From a virus, in the IMG/VR virus record IMGVR_UViG_3300032267_001178, positions 8,959 through 72,958 of that record: a stretch of DNA of 64,000 nt. One strand, 5' to 3'. Position 1 is the first letter of the stretch; every line of letters begins with the position of its first letter. Both the position numbers and the translations under genes were made by a program. Positions 48,071 to 55,383 of this stretch are shown piece by piece. The notes under the pieces were generated by a model, which saw nothing but the letters and a program-made list of their open reading frames with translations, searched no databases and was not told where the DNA came from.

Positions 48071-48273
48071 TGAATGCTGACCAAGTAAGAACCAGTATCC
48101 GGAATAAGGTCCTGAGTGATGTGTGGAGTAACGTTCAGGACAATGTCTGGAGTAATGTCTGGAGTAACGTGTGGAGCAATGTCGATGATAATGTCTCCGA
48201 TAATATTATGAATAATGTGTGGAATGACATCGCACACAATGTCCTCCCCCAAATGCGAGCGCGTATCGAATGA
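48070..48273 (+). CDS. Tetrapeptide-repeat small protein, unit 8 (the most regular repeats).
   Basis: MNADQVRT...DVWSNVQDNVWSNVWSNVWSNVDDNVSDNIMNNVWNDIAHNV...ARIE. Confidence 0.65.
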   Translation: MNADQVRTSIRNKVLSDVWSNVQDNVWSNVWSNVWSNVDDNVSDNIMNNVWNDIAHNVLPQMRARIE

Positions 48274-48497
48274 ATGTGGATGAAGTAAGAACCAGTATCC
48301 GGAATAAGGTCCTGAGTGATGTGTGGAGTAACGTTCAGGACAGCACCCAGTATTCTGTAACAGATGCTATCCATTTTCATATCATAGATGAAATCTGGGT
48401 GGATGTTTGGCACAGTGTCCAGGATAACGTTGAGGAGCATGTCCGGAATAATATCCAGGACATACATGCCAATGTCTGGTGCCAATGTCTGGAGTAA
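48270..48497 (+). CDS. Tetrapeptide-repeat small protein, unit 9. It is a mosaic of unit 8's 5' part and unit 5's 3' part.
   Basis: MNVDEVRTSIRNKVLSDVWSNVQD + STQYSVTDAIHFHI...DNVEEHVRNNIQDIHANVW. Confidence 0.55.
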   Translation: MNVDEVRTSIRNKVLSDVWSNVQDSTQYSVTDAIHFHIIDEIWVDVWHSVQDNVEEHVRNNIQDIHANVWCQCLE

Positions 48498-48535
48498 TAA
48501 CTAATTGTCCTCCCCCAAATGCGAGCGCGTATCGA

Positions 48536-48766
48536 ATGAATGTGGATGAAGTAAGAACCAGTATCCAGTACAAGATCCTAGGCGATGTACGTTACAGTAT
48601 TTGGAATAACTTCCTTGCTAATCTACGGCGTAACATCGACCGCAATGTAAACGCTAATGTCCAGGCCAATGTCCGGCTCAATGCCCACTCTAATATTTAC
48701 CGCGATGTCCATAGCAATGTGGCTGATAGTGTTCGTAACACCTCTTACATAACAAATGAATCTTGA
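48536..48766 (+). CDS. Tetrapeptide-repeat small protein, unit 10. The start is at an internal ATG of the 48479 track ORF.
   Basis: MNVDEVRTSIQYKILGDVRYSIWNN...NVNANVQANVRLNAHSNIYRDVHSNVADSV. Confidence 0.5.
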   Translation: MNVDEVRTSIQYKILGDVRYSIWNNFLANLRRNIDRNVNANVQANVRLNAHSNIYRDVHSNVADSVRNTSYITNES

Positions 48767-49001
48767 GGAATTAAGATCCAATATCCAGCACAATATCTTA
48801 AGTGATGTCTGGGATAAAACTTGGTACAATATAAAAGTTAATTTATGGATTATTTTCCTGCGTGATGTTAGCGATGATTTACGAGATAATATCAACGGTA
48901 ACACTCAGTTTAAAGTCAGAAAAACCATCGAGCAAAATGTCAGCATCAGAGTTGATAATGGCTTTGACGATGTCTTTTCACATTTTCATACAAACAAATA
49001 A
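48756..49001 (+). CDS. Tetrapeptide-repeat small protein, unit 11.
   Basis: MNLEELRSNIQHNILSDVWDKTWYNI...FDDVFSHFHTNK. Confidence 0.5.
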   Translation: MNLEELRSNIQHNILSDVWDKTWYNIKVNLWIIFLRDVSDDLRDNINGNTQFKVRKTIEQNVSIRVDNGFDDVFSHFHTNK

Positions 49002-49219
49002 TGATCAGCTCCGATGAAGTAAGAAACAGTATTCGGTATATTGTCCGCGCTAGTGTATCTTATAACGTCTGGAATGATGTCTTGAATAATGTCGAAGCCA
49101 ATGTCTCCGATAGTGTGCGCCAGAATATATGGACCGACTTGAGGTTTCATGTCGCAGATAAAATCTGGGCTAATGTTGCGGGAAATATCCTCGCGCATAT
49201 TAAAACACATACTTCATGA
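49001..49219 (+). CDS. Tetrapeptide-repeat small protein, unit 12.
   Basis: MISSDEVRNSI...YNVWNDVLNNVEANVSDSVRQNIW...AHIKTHTS. Confidence 0.55.
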   Translation: MISSDEVRNSIRYIVRASVSYNVWNDVLNNVEANVSDSVRQNIWTDLRFHVADKIWANVAGNILAHIKTHTS

Positions 49220-49431
49220 ACTCCGATGAAGTAAGAGCCATTATCCATAACGATATCCAAGAGGATGTCGGGCTTAATATAAGGACTAACGTCCAGGGTA
49301 ATCTCTCGCATAGTTTGCGTGTTAATGCGGCGCACAACGTTTGGCAAAATGTCTGGGACAACGTTTGGCAAAATGCCTGGGATAATGTTTGGTTCAATGT
49401 CCGCACACATGTGAAAACTCATAAAGAATGA
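49216..49431 (+). CDS. Tetrapeptide-repeat small protein, unit 13.
   Basis: MNSDEVRA...HNVWQNVWDNVWQNAWDNVWFNVRTHVKTHKE. Confidence 0.6.
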   Translation: MNSDEVRAIIHNDIQEDVGLNIRTNVQGNLSHSLRVNAAHNVWQNVWDNVWQNAWDNVWFNVRTHVKTHKE

Positions 49432-49661
49432 ACGCCGACGAAGTAAGAACCATTATTCAAAACAACCTTTCACACGATAGCGGGTTTGCTTTAGAGTCTT
49501 GTGTCGAGAATAATGTTCAGGATAATGTCCTTGTTAATATCACGAATATTGTCTGGTACAGCGTCTGGTACGACGTGCATACCAATATTCTTGTTAATGT
49601 TGGGAATGTCGTCCGAGCCATGTCCCCCCACATGTTAAAACAAATACTGAATGAATGCTGA
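49428..49661 (+). CDS. Tetrapeptide-repeat small protein, unit 14.
   Basis: MNADEVRTIIQNN...NNVQDNVLVNITNIVWYSVWYDVHTNILVNVGNVV. Confidence 0.55.
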   Translation: MNADEVRTIIQNNLSHDSGFALESCVENNVQDNVLVNITNIVWYSVWYDVHTNILVNVGNVVRAMSPHMLKQILNEC

Positions 49662-49860
49662 ACAAGTAAGCACCATTATTGTGCGTAATATTCGCCATGA
49701 GGTATGGGATAGCATTTGGTACAATGTAAGAGGTAATTTATGGCGCAATGTCGAGCGTAGCGTATCTCACACCATACGGAGCAATGTCCAGACCGACACA
49801 TGGGTCGCTTTCGCGCATGATGTCCGCGCGTACCTCGACGTGCATTTTGATGACTGCTGA
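49651..49860 (+). CDS. Tetrapeptide-repeat small protein, unit 15.
   Basis: MNAEQVSTII..HEVWDSIWYNVRGNLWRNVERSV. Confidence 0.5.
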   Translation: MNAEQVSTIIVRNIRHEVWDSIWYNVRGNLWRNVERSVSHTIRSNVQTDTWVAFAHDVRAYLDVHFDDC

Positions 49861-50062
49861 AGAAGTTAAGACCGTTATTCAGAATAATTTAATGAATGAC
49901 GTCCTGTATATCATCGAGTGTAATGTCCTGGATAATGTAAAGGACAATATCCTTAATGATATTGTGAATAATCTTGAGCATAAAGTCTGGAATAACATAT
50001 GGATTAACGTCCGGTACACTGCCCTTTTTAGACATACATCGAATGAACGCCACAATAGCTAG
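49850..50062 (+). CDS. Tetrapeptide-repeat small protein, unit 16 (start at an internal ATG with ATGA-type overlap).
   Basis: MTAEEVKTVIQNN...CNVLDNVKDNILNDIVNNLEHKVWNNIWINV. Confidence 0.5.
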   Translation: MTAEEVKTVIQNNLMNDVLYIIECNVLDNVKDNILNDIVNNLEHKVWNNIWINVRYTALFRHTSNERHNS

Positions 50063-50267
50063 ATCTATTATTAGGGAACATATACAAGATAATATTCGCG
50101 CCACTTTAGATCGTAATATCAGCCGAGAAGCCTCGGACTTTATAAAAGATAATGTTCGCTTCGATGTACGTTATTATGTAGAAGAGAATTTGTGGCGCAC
50201 TGTCATGGGTAGAGCCGCGCGGATTGCCCATTCACAACTTTACATTGGCTTAACGCATGGAGTCTAG
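50043..50267 (+). CDS. Tetrapeptide-repeat small protein, unit 17 (degenerate).
   Basis: MNATIARSIIREHIQDNIRATLDRNI...KDNVRFDVRYYVEENLW. Confidence 0.4.
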   Translation: MNATIARSIIREHIQDNIRATLDRNISREASDFIKDNVRFDVRYYVEENLWRTVMGRAARIAHSQLYIGLTHGV

Positions 50268-50529
50268 AGAAGCGAGAACTGCTATCCAGGATAATGTCTT
50301 AAACGGTGTCAGTGACATTGTTTGGGTTAATCTCTGGTCCAAGATACAAAACAGTTTGAGGCAGAGCGTTTACGCTAACCTCCCGGTGGAAGTCGCGCAT
50401 GAGGTCTGGGATGCCTTGCAGAATACTGTCTGGGGCAGTGTCCTAGATAATGTATGGCTGGTTGTGTACGGCAATGTCAACATGTCCATTAAAACACATA
50501 TCCCAAATGAACCCGTACCAAGTAAATAA
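50257..50529 (+). CDS. Tetrapeptide-repeat small protein, unit 18.
   Basis: MESREARTAIQDNVLNGVSDIVWVNLW...VWGSVLDNVWLVVYGNVNMSIKTHI. Confidence 0.5.
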   Translation: MESREARTAIQDNVLNGVSDIVWVNLWSKIQNSLRQSVYANLPVEVAHEVWDALQNTVWGSVLDNVWLVVYGNVNMSIKTHIPNEPVPSK

Positions 50530-50764
50530 TTCCCCGAAAAATGTCCAGACTAATATCTGGGACGACGTGCGATCTAATGTCTTACTCAATGTTAATGTCT
50601 GGCATAAGGTACGGGGGTATGTTGAAGATAATGTCAGAGATAATATCTGGGACGACGTGAGAGCTAATGTCGCGCTCAATGTGCATCTTAATATCGCGAA
50701 TAAAGTCTTATCTGCTTGGACAGAGCAGATGCAGCAATTTACACACGTACGAAATGAAATTTGA
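50507..50764 (+). CDS. Tetrapeptide-repeat small protein, unit 19.
   Basis: MNPYQVNN..NVQTNIWDDVRSNVLLNVNVWHKVRGYVEDNVRDNIWDDVRANVALNVHLNI. Confidence 0.5.
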   Translation: MNPYQVNNSPKNVQTNIWDDVRSNVLLNVNVWHKVRGYVEDNVRDNIWDDVRANVALNVHLNIANKVLSAWTEQMQQFTHVRNEI

Positions 50765-50999
50765 CGAAGTAAGAAATATTATTGACCGAAGCGTTCGTGA
50801 GAATGTCGAGTATCATGTATGGAATAATTTAATTTGCAATATTGCGATCGATGTACCACGCACTAATACCGTGGGTCGTGACGATGTTGACTACAATACC
50901 AGATGCAATGTCTGGAATAATGTGCGCATCGGTGTCAGGTCCGTGGTCGTGAGAACTTTATTGGCCTACGATGACCGCACACCTCAATTGCCTTTTTAG
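50754..50999 (+). CDS. Tetrapeptide-repeat small protein, unit 20 (last and most degenerate).
   Basis: MKFDEVRNIIDRSVRENVEYHVWNN...CNVWNNVRIGV. Confidence 0.45.
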   Translation: MKFDEVRNIIDRSVRENVEYHVWNNLICNIAIDVPRTNTVGRDDVDYNTRCNVWNNVRIGVRSVVVRTLLAYDDRTPQLPF

Positions 51000-51001
51000 T
51001 A

Positions 51002-51280
51002 ATGATTGATCCAGAAAAAGAATTCGTAATGCCCCTCGTACACTTGAACGGGTCTGGCAGAGAAAGACTGCTACGAGAATATGAAGCTGCCTCAGAAACC
51101 TTATCAGCTTTCATTGAGAGCTGGAGGGACGTTACATTCCATCCCCGGGATTATTATCCCCTAGGAGATAGCGCGTGGGACCAAGCCAGAGCGGATAGGA
51201 TGGAGATGTCGGAGAAATTATCCGATATCAAAAACTACATTGATACCCATTTGCAGAGTATTTTTTCTGACAATGAGTGA
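51002..51280 (+). CDS. Hypothetical protein.
   Basis: 92-aa ORF. Confidence 0.35.
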   Translation: MIDPEKEFVMPLVHLNGSGRERLLREYEAASETLSAFIESWRDVTFHPRDYYPLGDSAWDQARADRMEMSEKLSDIKNYIDTHLQSIFSDNE

Positions 51281-51509
51281 CCGCATTCGGAATCTTGTCT
51301 ACGTAAGCGTCCATAACAAAACCCATGAGCTGGGGCAAATTTTTACGAGCGCGTTGCTACAAGAAGAATGTAAGTACGGTGAAAATGTGTCTCCCCTCAG
51401 ACAAAGCCTGGCGCGTTACAACTATGTCATTGTAACTCAAGTCTACGCGCATATGGATGACTTAAAATATAATGTGGGAGACTTTATAGGTACCTTCCCT
51501 ACATCCTGA
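51273..51509 (+). CDS. Hypothetical protein (start at the ATGA overlap).
   Basis: MSDRIRNLVYVSV... Confidence 0.35.
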   Translation: MSDRIRNLVYVSVHNKTHELGQIFTSALLQEECKYGENVSPLRQSLARYNYVIVTQVYAHMDDLKYNVGDFIGTFPTS

Positions 51510-51529
51510 ATGTTGCTTATCCTTTTATT

Positions 51530-51757
51530 ATGTCTGCACCTTTGCTCCGGATTGCGTGTAACAGCGTCTCTGAACGCATCACTACGGAAATATTAGACAC
51601 CCCTTGCTGCGTGATTTGCTTTGATCTGTTGGACCACATACGCGACGACCTGGTACCGTATCACGTTGTTTGGGGCGCTGTGCGCGCGCCCGTACGTGCC
51701 CAAGTTTGGGAAGCTATTAGAGGAGAAACCGCAAATTTTTGTTGCTATGAATACTGA
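51530..51757 (+). CDS. Hypothetical protein.
   Basis: 75-aa ORF. Confidence 0.3.
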   Translation: MSAPLLRIACNSVSERITTEILDTPCCVICFDLLDHIRDDLVPYHVVWGAVRAPVRAQVWEAIRGETANFCCYEY

Positions 51758-51926
51758 CACACAATCAGGTTTTACTGTGACTCAACGTCGCAGGGTCGAG
51801 GATGCGCTGCACTTTGCCCGTAAGCATGAGCAACGGGTTTGGGGAAGCGGTAACGACCATGAAAAAGCTCGCGCAGAAGTCGAGCGATTGGAGGCTATTT
51901 TGAAATCTTGGCCGAACGTAGATTAA
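51747..51926 (+). CDS. Hypothetical protein (internal ATG overlapping the preceding stop).
   Basis: MNTDTQSGFTVTQRRRVEDALHFARKHEQRVWGSGNDHEKARAEVERLEAILKSWPNVD. Confidence 0.3.
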   Translation: MNTDTQSGFTVTQRRRVEDALHFARKHEQRVWGSGNDHEKARAEVERLEAILKSWPNVD

Positions 51927-52201
51927 TCATTGAAGATATGTCCTATGTTTCTTTTGAAGACGCTGATGAACGTAGATTGCTCATCGAAGATATGTCCTGG
52001 ATTGCGGTTGAAGACGCTGTCTCGTACTGGGGTTTGAATCCCTTGCAGAATTGGAGCATCCATAACGCTCCTCATGTGTTACAGGAGCAGGAGCTATTAT
52101 CCTTCGTAAGGTTCTATACGCGTAACCATTTCCACGCTCAAAAAAAGCTTTCGGCGCGAAATAGCCCCGACAGCAATATGATTACGATGAGTGTTATATG
52201 A
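51908..52201 (+). CDS. Hypothetical protein with an internal tandem duplication.
   Basis: ERRLIIEDMSYVSFEDAD followed by ERRLLIEDMSWIAVEDAV. Confidence 0.35.
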   Translation: MAERRLIIEDMSYVSFEDADERRLLIEDMSWIAVEDAVSYWGLNPLQNWSIHNAPHVLQEQELLSFVRFYTRNHFHAQKKLSARNSPDSNMITMSVI

Positions 52202-52343
52202 TTTTGTAGAGGCGTCGATTATTAATCGTTGCCTCTTTGATTGTTTCTCAATAAACTGGTTTTATTGGGAAATTTGCGCAAAAGATTTGCAGGTATTCAG
52301 GAAGGTATCTGTAAGTCTCAATCCTTAAACTTCCTTCACAAGA

Positions 52344-53291
52344 ATGATAACATCACTCACCCCGGAACAGGAAGCCCTGTTCCCCGAATATGTAAAGAAA
52401 TGGACGGATGTCGGCACCGATACGTGCCGACTTGACCCGGTCACGACCGAAAAGATTATTCACGACTTCCAGGCATTAGTCCTGGACCGAAAGGCCACAC
52501 CCGTTGTGATCGTGGAGAATCCGATCGAAGCCTGGATTGCGTGTAACTACAGCGTACTGGGGTCTAAGCCCGAGGAGCTGCACGAACGCTTGAAGGAATA
52601 CTTCACGGCCGAGGAGAAACCAATCCAGGTTGCCTCGCCTGTGTTCCCCTACCAAGAAGGATCGTTTTCAACCGCGATCTTCTCTTACTACGACTATATC
52701 CTGCGGGAGTTGAAGCTGCCGCTGGATGCTACACTCATGCGTAAGTATGAAGCCTGGGAGGCCACGTGCCAGCTGGGTTTCATCTACCCCCTTGAGACTG
52801 TGTGTATCGTCTCCCAGAAGCCTGCCAGCATCAAACTGGACGACGAGCATAGGCTTCACTGCGACGGGGGCCCCGCACTCACCTACGCTGGGTACGGTAA
52901 CTTCAATATCTACTCGCTCCACGGCGTAACCGTGGATCAGTACCTGGCTGAGACGCCCGGCGAACAGTTGAGCCTGGACTACTACCACACGATCACCAAC
53001 GCCGACCAGCGTACGGAGTTCGTCCGGAAGTTCGGTGTTGAGCGTATGCTGGAGCTCGGTAAGAAGATCGACTCTCATGAGAGTTACAATGAGGAGTGGT
53101 GGACAAAATCGGAGTACGAGCTGTGGGATATGGCTTGTCTTTTCGAGGGCGTCTCGTATGCTCCGCATCTGAAGATGCTTAACCAGACCACAGGGATCTG
53201 GCACGTAGAGGCGGTGTCCCCCTCTTGCGAAAATCTCGCCCAAGCGATCAGTGACCGCATGGGTGACTTCCAAATCATCAACATCAAATAA
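52344..53291 (+). CDS. Hypothetical protein (315 aa) in a comparatively GC-rich block.
   Basis: Long ORF; the antisense shadow ORFs 52668..53321 and 53084..53656 are considered spurious. Confidence 0.45.
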   Translation: MITSLTPEQEALFPEYVKKWTDVGTDTCRLDPVTTEKIIHDFQALVLDRKATPVVIVENPIEAWIACNYSVLGSKPEELHERLKEYFTAEEKPIQVASPVFPYQEGSFSTAIFSYYDYILRELKLPLDATLMRKYEAWEATCQLGFIYPLETVCIVSQKPASIKLDDEHRLHCDGGPALTYAGYGNFNIYSLHGVTVDQYLAETPGEQLSLDYYHTITNADQRTEFVRKFGVERMLELGKKIDSHESYNEEWWTKSEYELWDMACLFEGVSYAPHLKMLNQTTGIWHVEAVSPSCENLAQAISDRMGDFQIINIK

Positions 53292-53305
53292 TCTGATCCT
53301 ACACC

Positions 53306-53653
53306 ATGAAAGAAAATACACCCAAAGCCAAGGCCGTTCTCCACGGAGAGGCCATCATCTTCGAAGCGAGCATCCCCGCTTCGGCCCGCCCTGTGCCCGC
53401 ACCCACCACAGGCTACCGCATTATCGCGCCGTCGGAAGTGACGGGCAACCACCACGTCATCGACTGCCCCAGGGGCGTCGAGTTCCTGGAGGATGACGGC
53501 AAGTTCTGGATGAAGAGCAGCGTGCCTACACAGGTGCGTTGCCTCCTCCCCTCCCGTCACGACAGCATCACGCTGCCTCCTGGGGAGTACGGATTCGGCA
53601 TCCAACAAGAATATGACTACATTGCGGAAGCAAAACGCAATGTGGCTGACTAA
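53306..53653 (+). CDS. Hypothetical protein.
   Basis: 115-aa ORF. Confidence 0.4.
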   Translation: MKENTPKAKAVLHGEAIIFEASIPASARPVPAPTTGYRIIAPSEVTGNHHVIDCPRGVEFLEDDGKFWMKSSVPTQVRCLLPSRHDSITLPPGEYGFGIQQEYDYIAEAKRNVAD

Positions 53654-53677
53654 CATTCAGGAGCAATCCTGATACGG

Positions 53678-53713
53678 AAAAGGGGCCGGGTTCGTAGCCC
53701 GGCCCCTTTTTTT
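53678..53713 (+). terminator. Strong rho-independent terminator.
   Basis: AAAGGGGCCGGG-ttcgta-GCCCGGCCCCTTT followed by TTTTTAT. Confidence 0.85.
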
Positions 53714-53725
53714 ATCTTTCCACTA

Positions 53726-53980
53726 ATGGCAAACGCATCAATGACCCCTGGTAAAAGGGCATATTTTATTTTCCAGGAATATATTAATGTTGCTGTGTGG
53801 GACGCGTTACACAATGGCGGGCTGCTTAGTATTGGGATCAGCGCCGCAGAGCATAGCAGATCCACGGCGGAGAAGGTAGAGCTCAATACACGCAGCATGC
53901 TTCGGCCGCAGAATGATTCCTTCAAAGAGAAATGTCGTGAGGTGGTGCACTCACATTTCGCACCTGCAAACAACAAATGA
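53726..53980 (+). CDS. Hypothetical protein.
   Basis: 84-aa ORF. Confidence 0.35.
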   Translation: MANASMTPGKRAYFIFQEYINVAVWDALHNGGLLSIGISAAEHSRSTAEKVELNTRSMLRPQNDSFKEKCREVVHSHFAPANNK

Positions 53981-54249
53981 ATCGTCGCCAAGTTAAAAAA
54001 GTAATTCACGACCATATTATTTTTGATTCTTCTTGTAAAACCATCTCAGACTTGTCTCAGGCTGTGGTGGATGCACAAACTTCCCTAGGGCTCAATGCGC
54101 CGATATCAGCGTGGTGCTGCTTAGGACTTTTCAAGCTTGAGCTCCTACACTGGGAAGTGTCTTCTCCTGTAAAGATTCATTCCGCTCGGGCGTCCGCTAA
54201 TGCCTATGAGGACTTCTTTCCAAAAACCAATTCTGAACGCCCCGCTTAA
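53977..54249 (+). CDS. Hypothetical protein.
   Basis: 90-aa ORF with ATGA overlap. Confidence 0.35.
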   Translation: MNRRQVKKVIHDHIIFDSSCKTISDLSQAVVDAQTSLGLNAPISAWCCLGLFKLELLHWEVSSPVKIHSARASANAYEDFFPKTNSERPA

Positions 54250-54258
54250 TTCGCAGGC

Positions 54259-54480
54259 ATGAATCATTATCAAGCTAAAGAATTAATTCGTATCACCTCT
54301 GGATATCCCCCGCAATCCATACCGATATACCGCGCTGTCGCAGATGAACTTTTATTACAAGGCTTAGATTTTATAGGCGCTGCACTGCCGTACGAGCTGC
54401 GTGCCGTGGATGATACTGCGCATAATCTTTCCTCTGCGGTTTGCCGTACCACGGTACAGAGTTTCAAAATAAAACCTTGA
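54259..54480 (+). CDS. Hypothetical protein.
   Basis: 73-aa ORF. Confidence 0.3.
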   Translation: MNHYQAKELIRITSGYPPQSIPIYRAVADELLLQGLDFIGAALPYELRAVDDTAHNLSSAVCRTTVQSFKIKP

Positions 54481-54505
54481 CCTACAAGATTTAGATCTTA
54501 TAAAT
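54477..54505 (+). promoter_or_regulatory. Candidate sigma70-like promoter.
   Basis: TTGACC, 16-nt spacer, TATAAA(T), about 25 nt upstream of the ATG at 54530. Confidence 0.3.
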
Positions 54506-54529
54506 GCGGAACTTTTACTACCAACGACT

Positions 54530-54961
54530 ATGAATACAGAATCAGAGATGAATTCCGAAGCGGTGCGTCCCAGGACTTACACCAAGTGCGTGAGCTGTCA
54601 TGCAGAGAAACCTAACTTCAGTTCCCGGTGTCAGTCTTGCGCCGATAAACACCGTATTAAGAACCGGGAGGCTTATTACATCAAGAAATATGGCAAACTA
54701 CCTGAAAACGATGTTACTCGCGGTAATAGGCCAACCCTGCGGGATCAGCTTCTTAAGTTACTCTCCGACGGACAGCCCAGGACATCCAAGCAAGTCCGAG
54801 AAGAGTTAAACTGGGCAGCAAGTACGAGCATCGCCAAGACGTTGAGTGACATCAGCGATTTCCTTCGTGACTCAGGAAGTTCCAGGCAACTTGTCAAAAC
54901 TCCCCTGGGCCTTTCTAAACGTAGCGGAGTGCAGTGGCAGCTTCGCACACAAGACAATTAA
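54530..54961 (+). CDS. Hypothetical protein with an N-terminal zinc ribbon and a C-terminal helix-turn-helix-like region.
   Basis: CVSCHAE...CQSCADKH, then QVREELNWAASTSIAKTLSDIS. Confidence 0.4.
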   Translation: MNTESEMNSEAVRPRTYTKCVSCHAEKPNFSSRCQSCADKHRIKNREAYYIKKYGKLPENDVTRGNRPTLRDQLLKLLSDGQPRTSKQVREELNWAASTSIAKTLSDISDFLRDSGSSRQLVKTPLGLSKRSGVQWQLRTQDN

Positions 54962-55010
54962 AGTTGTTCTTATCGCACTTAATAACAGTTTTAATTACAC
55001 TTATTTATAA

Positions 55011-55322
55011 ATGAGTCGCAACATAAACTACTGCGCGTGCGGGATTGAGATTTGGCAAGACCAAGAACTCTGTACGCATTGCAAGGCCCTTAACCTCAAA
55101 GACAAAAATGACATGACTAGTTATTACTACGTGTACCGCGTCGGGAATAGGGCGCCGACAATAAAGCATCCTACGCTGGCGAGTGCCGCGAATGAAGCGG
55201 AACGGTTAGCCAACCAGCACCCCGGAGACACTTTCGAGATCCTGCAATGTCTCGCGATCACCAGGACTGTGATGGCGAAAACCTTCTGGTTGGACGGAGT
55301 TACCCCGCCTACATCTGTTTGA
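55011..55322 (+). CDS. Small zinc-ribbon protein.
   Basis: CACGIEIW..CTHCKAL. Confidence 0.4.
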   Translation: MSRNINYCACGIEIWQDQELCTHCKALNLKDKNDMTSYYYVYRVGNRAPTIKHPTLASAANEAERLANQHPGDTFEILQCLAITRTVMAKTFWLDGVTPPTSV

Positions 55323-55383
55323 TAACTGAATGCATGGTTCTCGTCGCGAGGCACCAAAACAAAACCATGAAAGGGCAAATCAA

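Larger units (their letters stand above)
46413..50999 (+). repeat. Tandem array of about 20 paralogous small genes. Each unit is roughly 190-270 bp (a frameshifted one spans about 350 bp) and is built internally from a 12-nt (4-codon) repeat with core AATGTC, encoding x-N-V-x.
   Basis: Units start with ATGAATGC(T/C)GA(C/T)GAAGTAAGA (MNADEVR), end with ...HIE/HIK followed by stop, and join by ATGA or stop-start juxtaposition. Synonymous third-position changes preserve the N-terminal peptide. Confidence 0.85.

Noticed and set aside
46858-50800. GAAGTAAGA at each unit start resembling a eukaryotic 5' splice site.
   Set aside because: The context is clearly prokaryotic phage (terminators, coupled ORFs, tRNA with CCA). 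The motif simply encodes E-V-R.
46413-50999. CRISPR array or non-coding satellite as the explanation for the repeat region.
   Set aside because: There is no constant repeat plus unique spacer architecture. Every unit has an ATG, a conserved N-terminal peptide preserved by synonymous changes, and a stop overlapping the next start, so the units are protein-coding.
46413-50999. Diversity-generating retroelement target (AAY-rich variable repeats).
   Set aside because: The Asn-codon richness recalls DGR variable regions, but there is no reverse transcriptase, template repeat or IMH element in the window. The Asn positions are the conserved, not the variable, positions.
52668-53656. Minus-strand ORFs 52668..53321 and 53084..53656.
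   Set aside because: They are antisense shadows within a GC-rich plus-strand gene block. They are mutually overlapping and break the otherwise uniform strand polarity.
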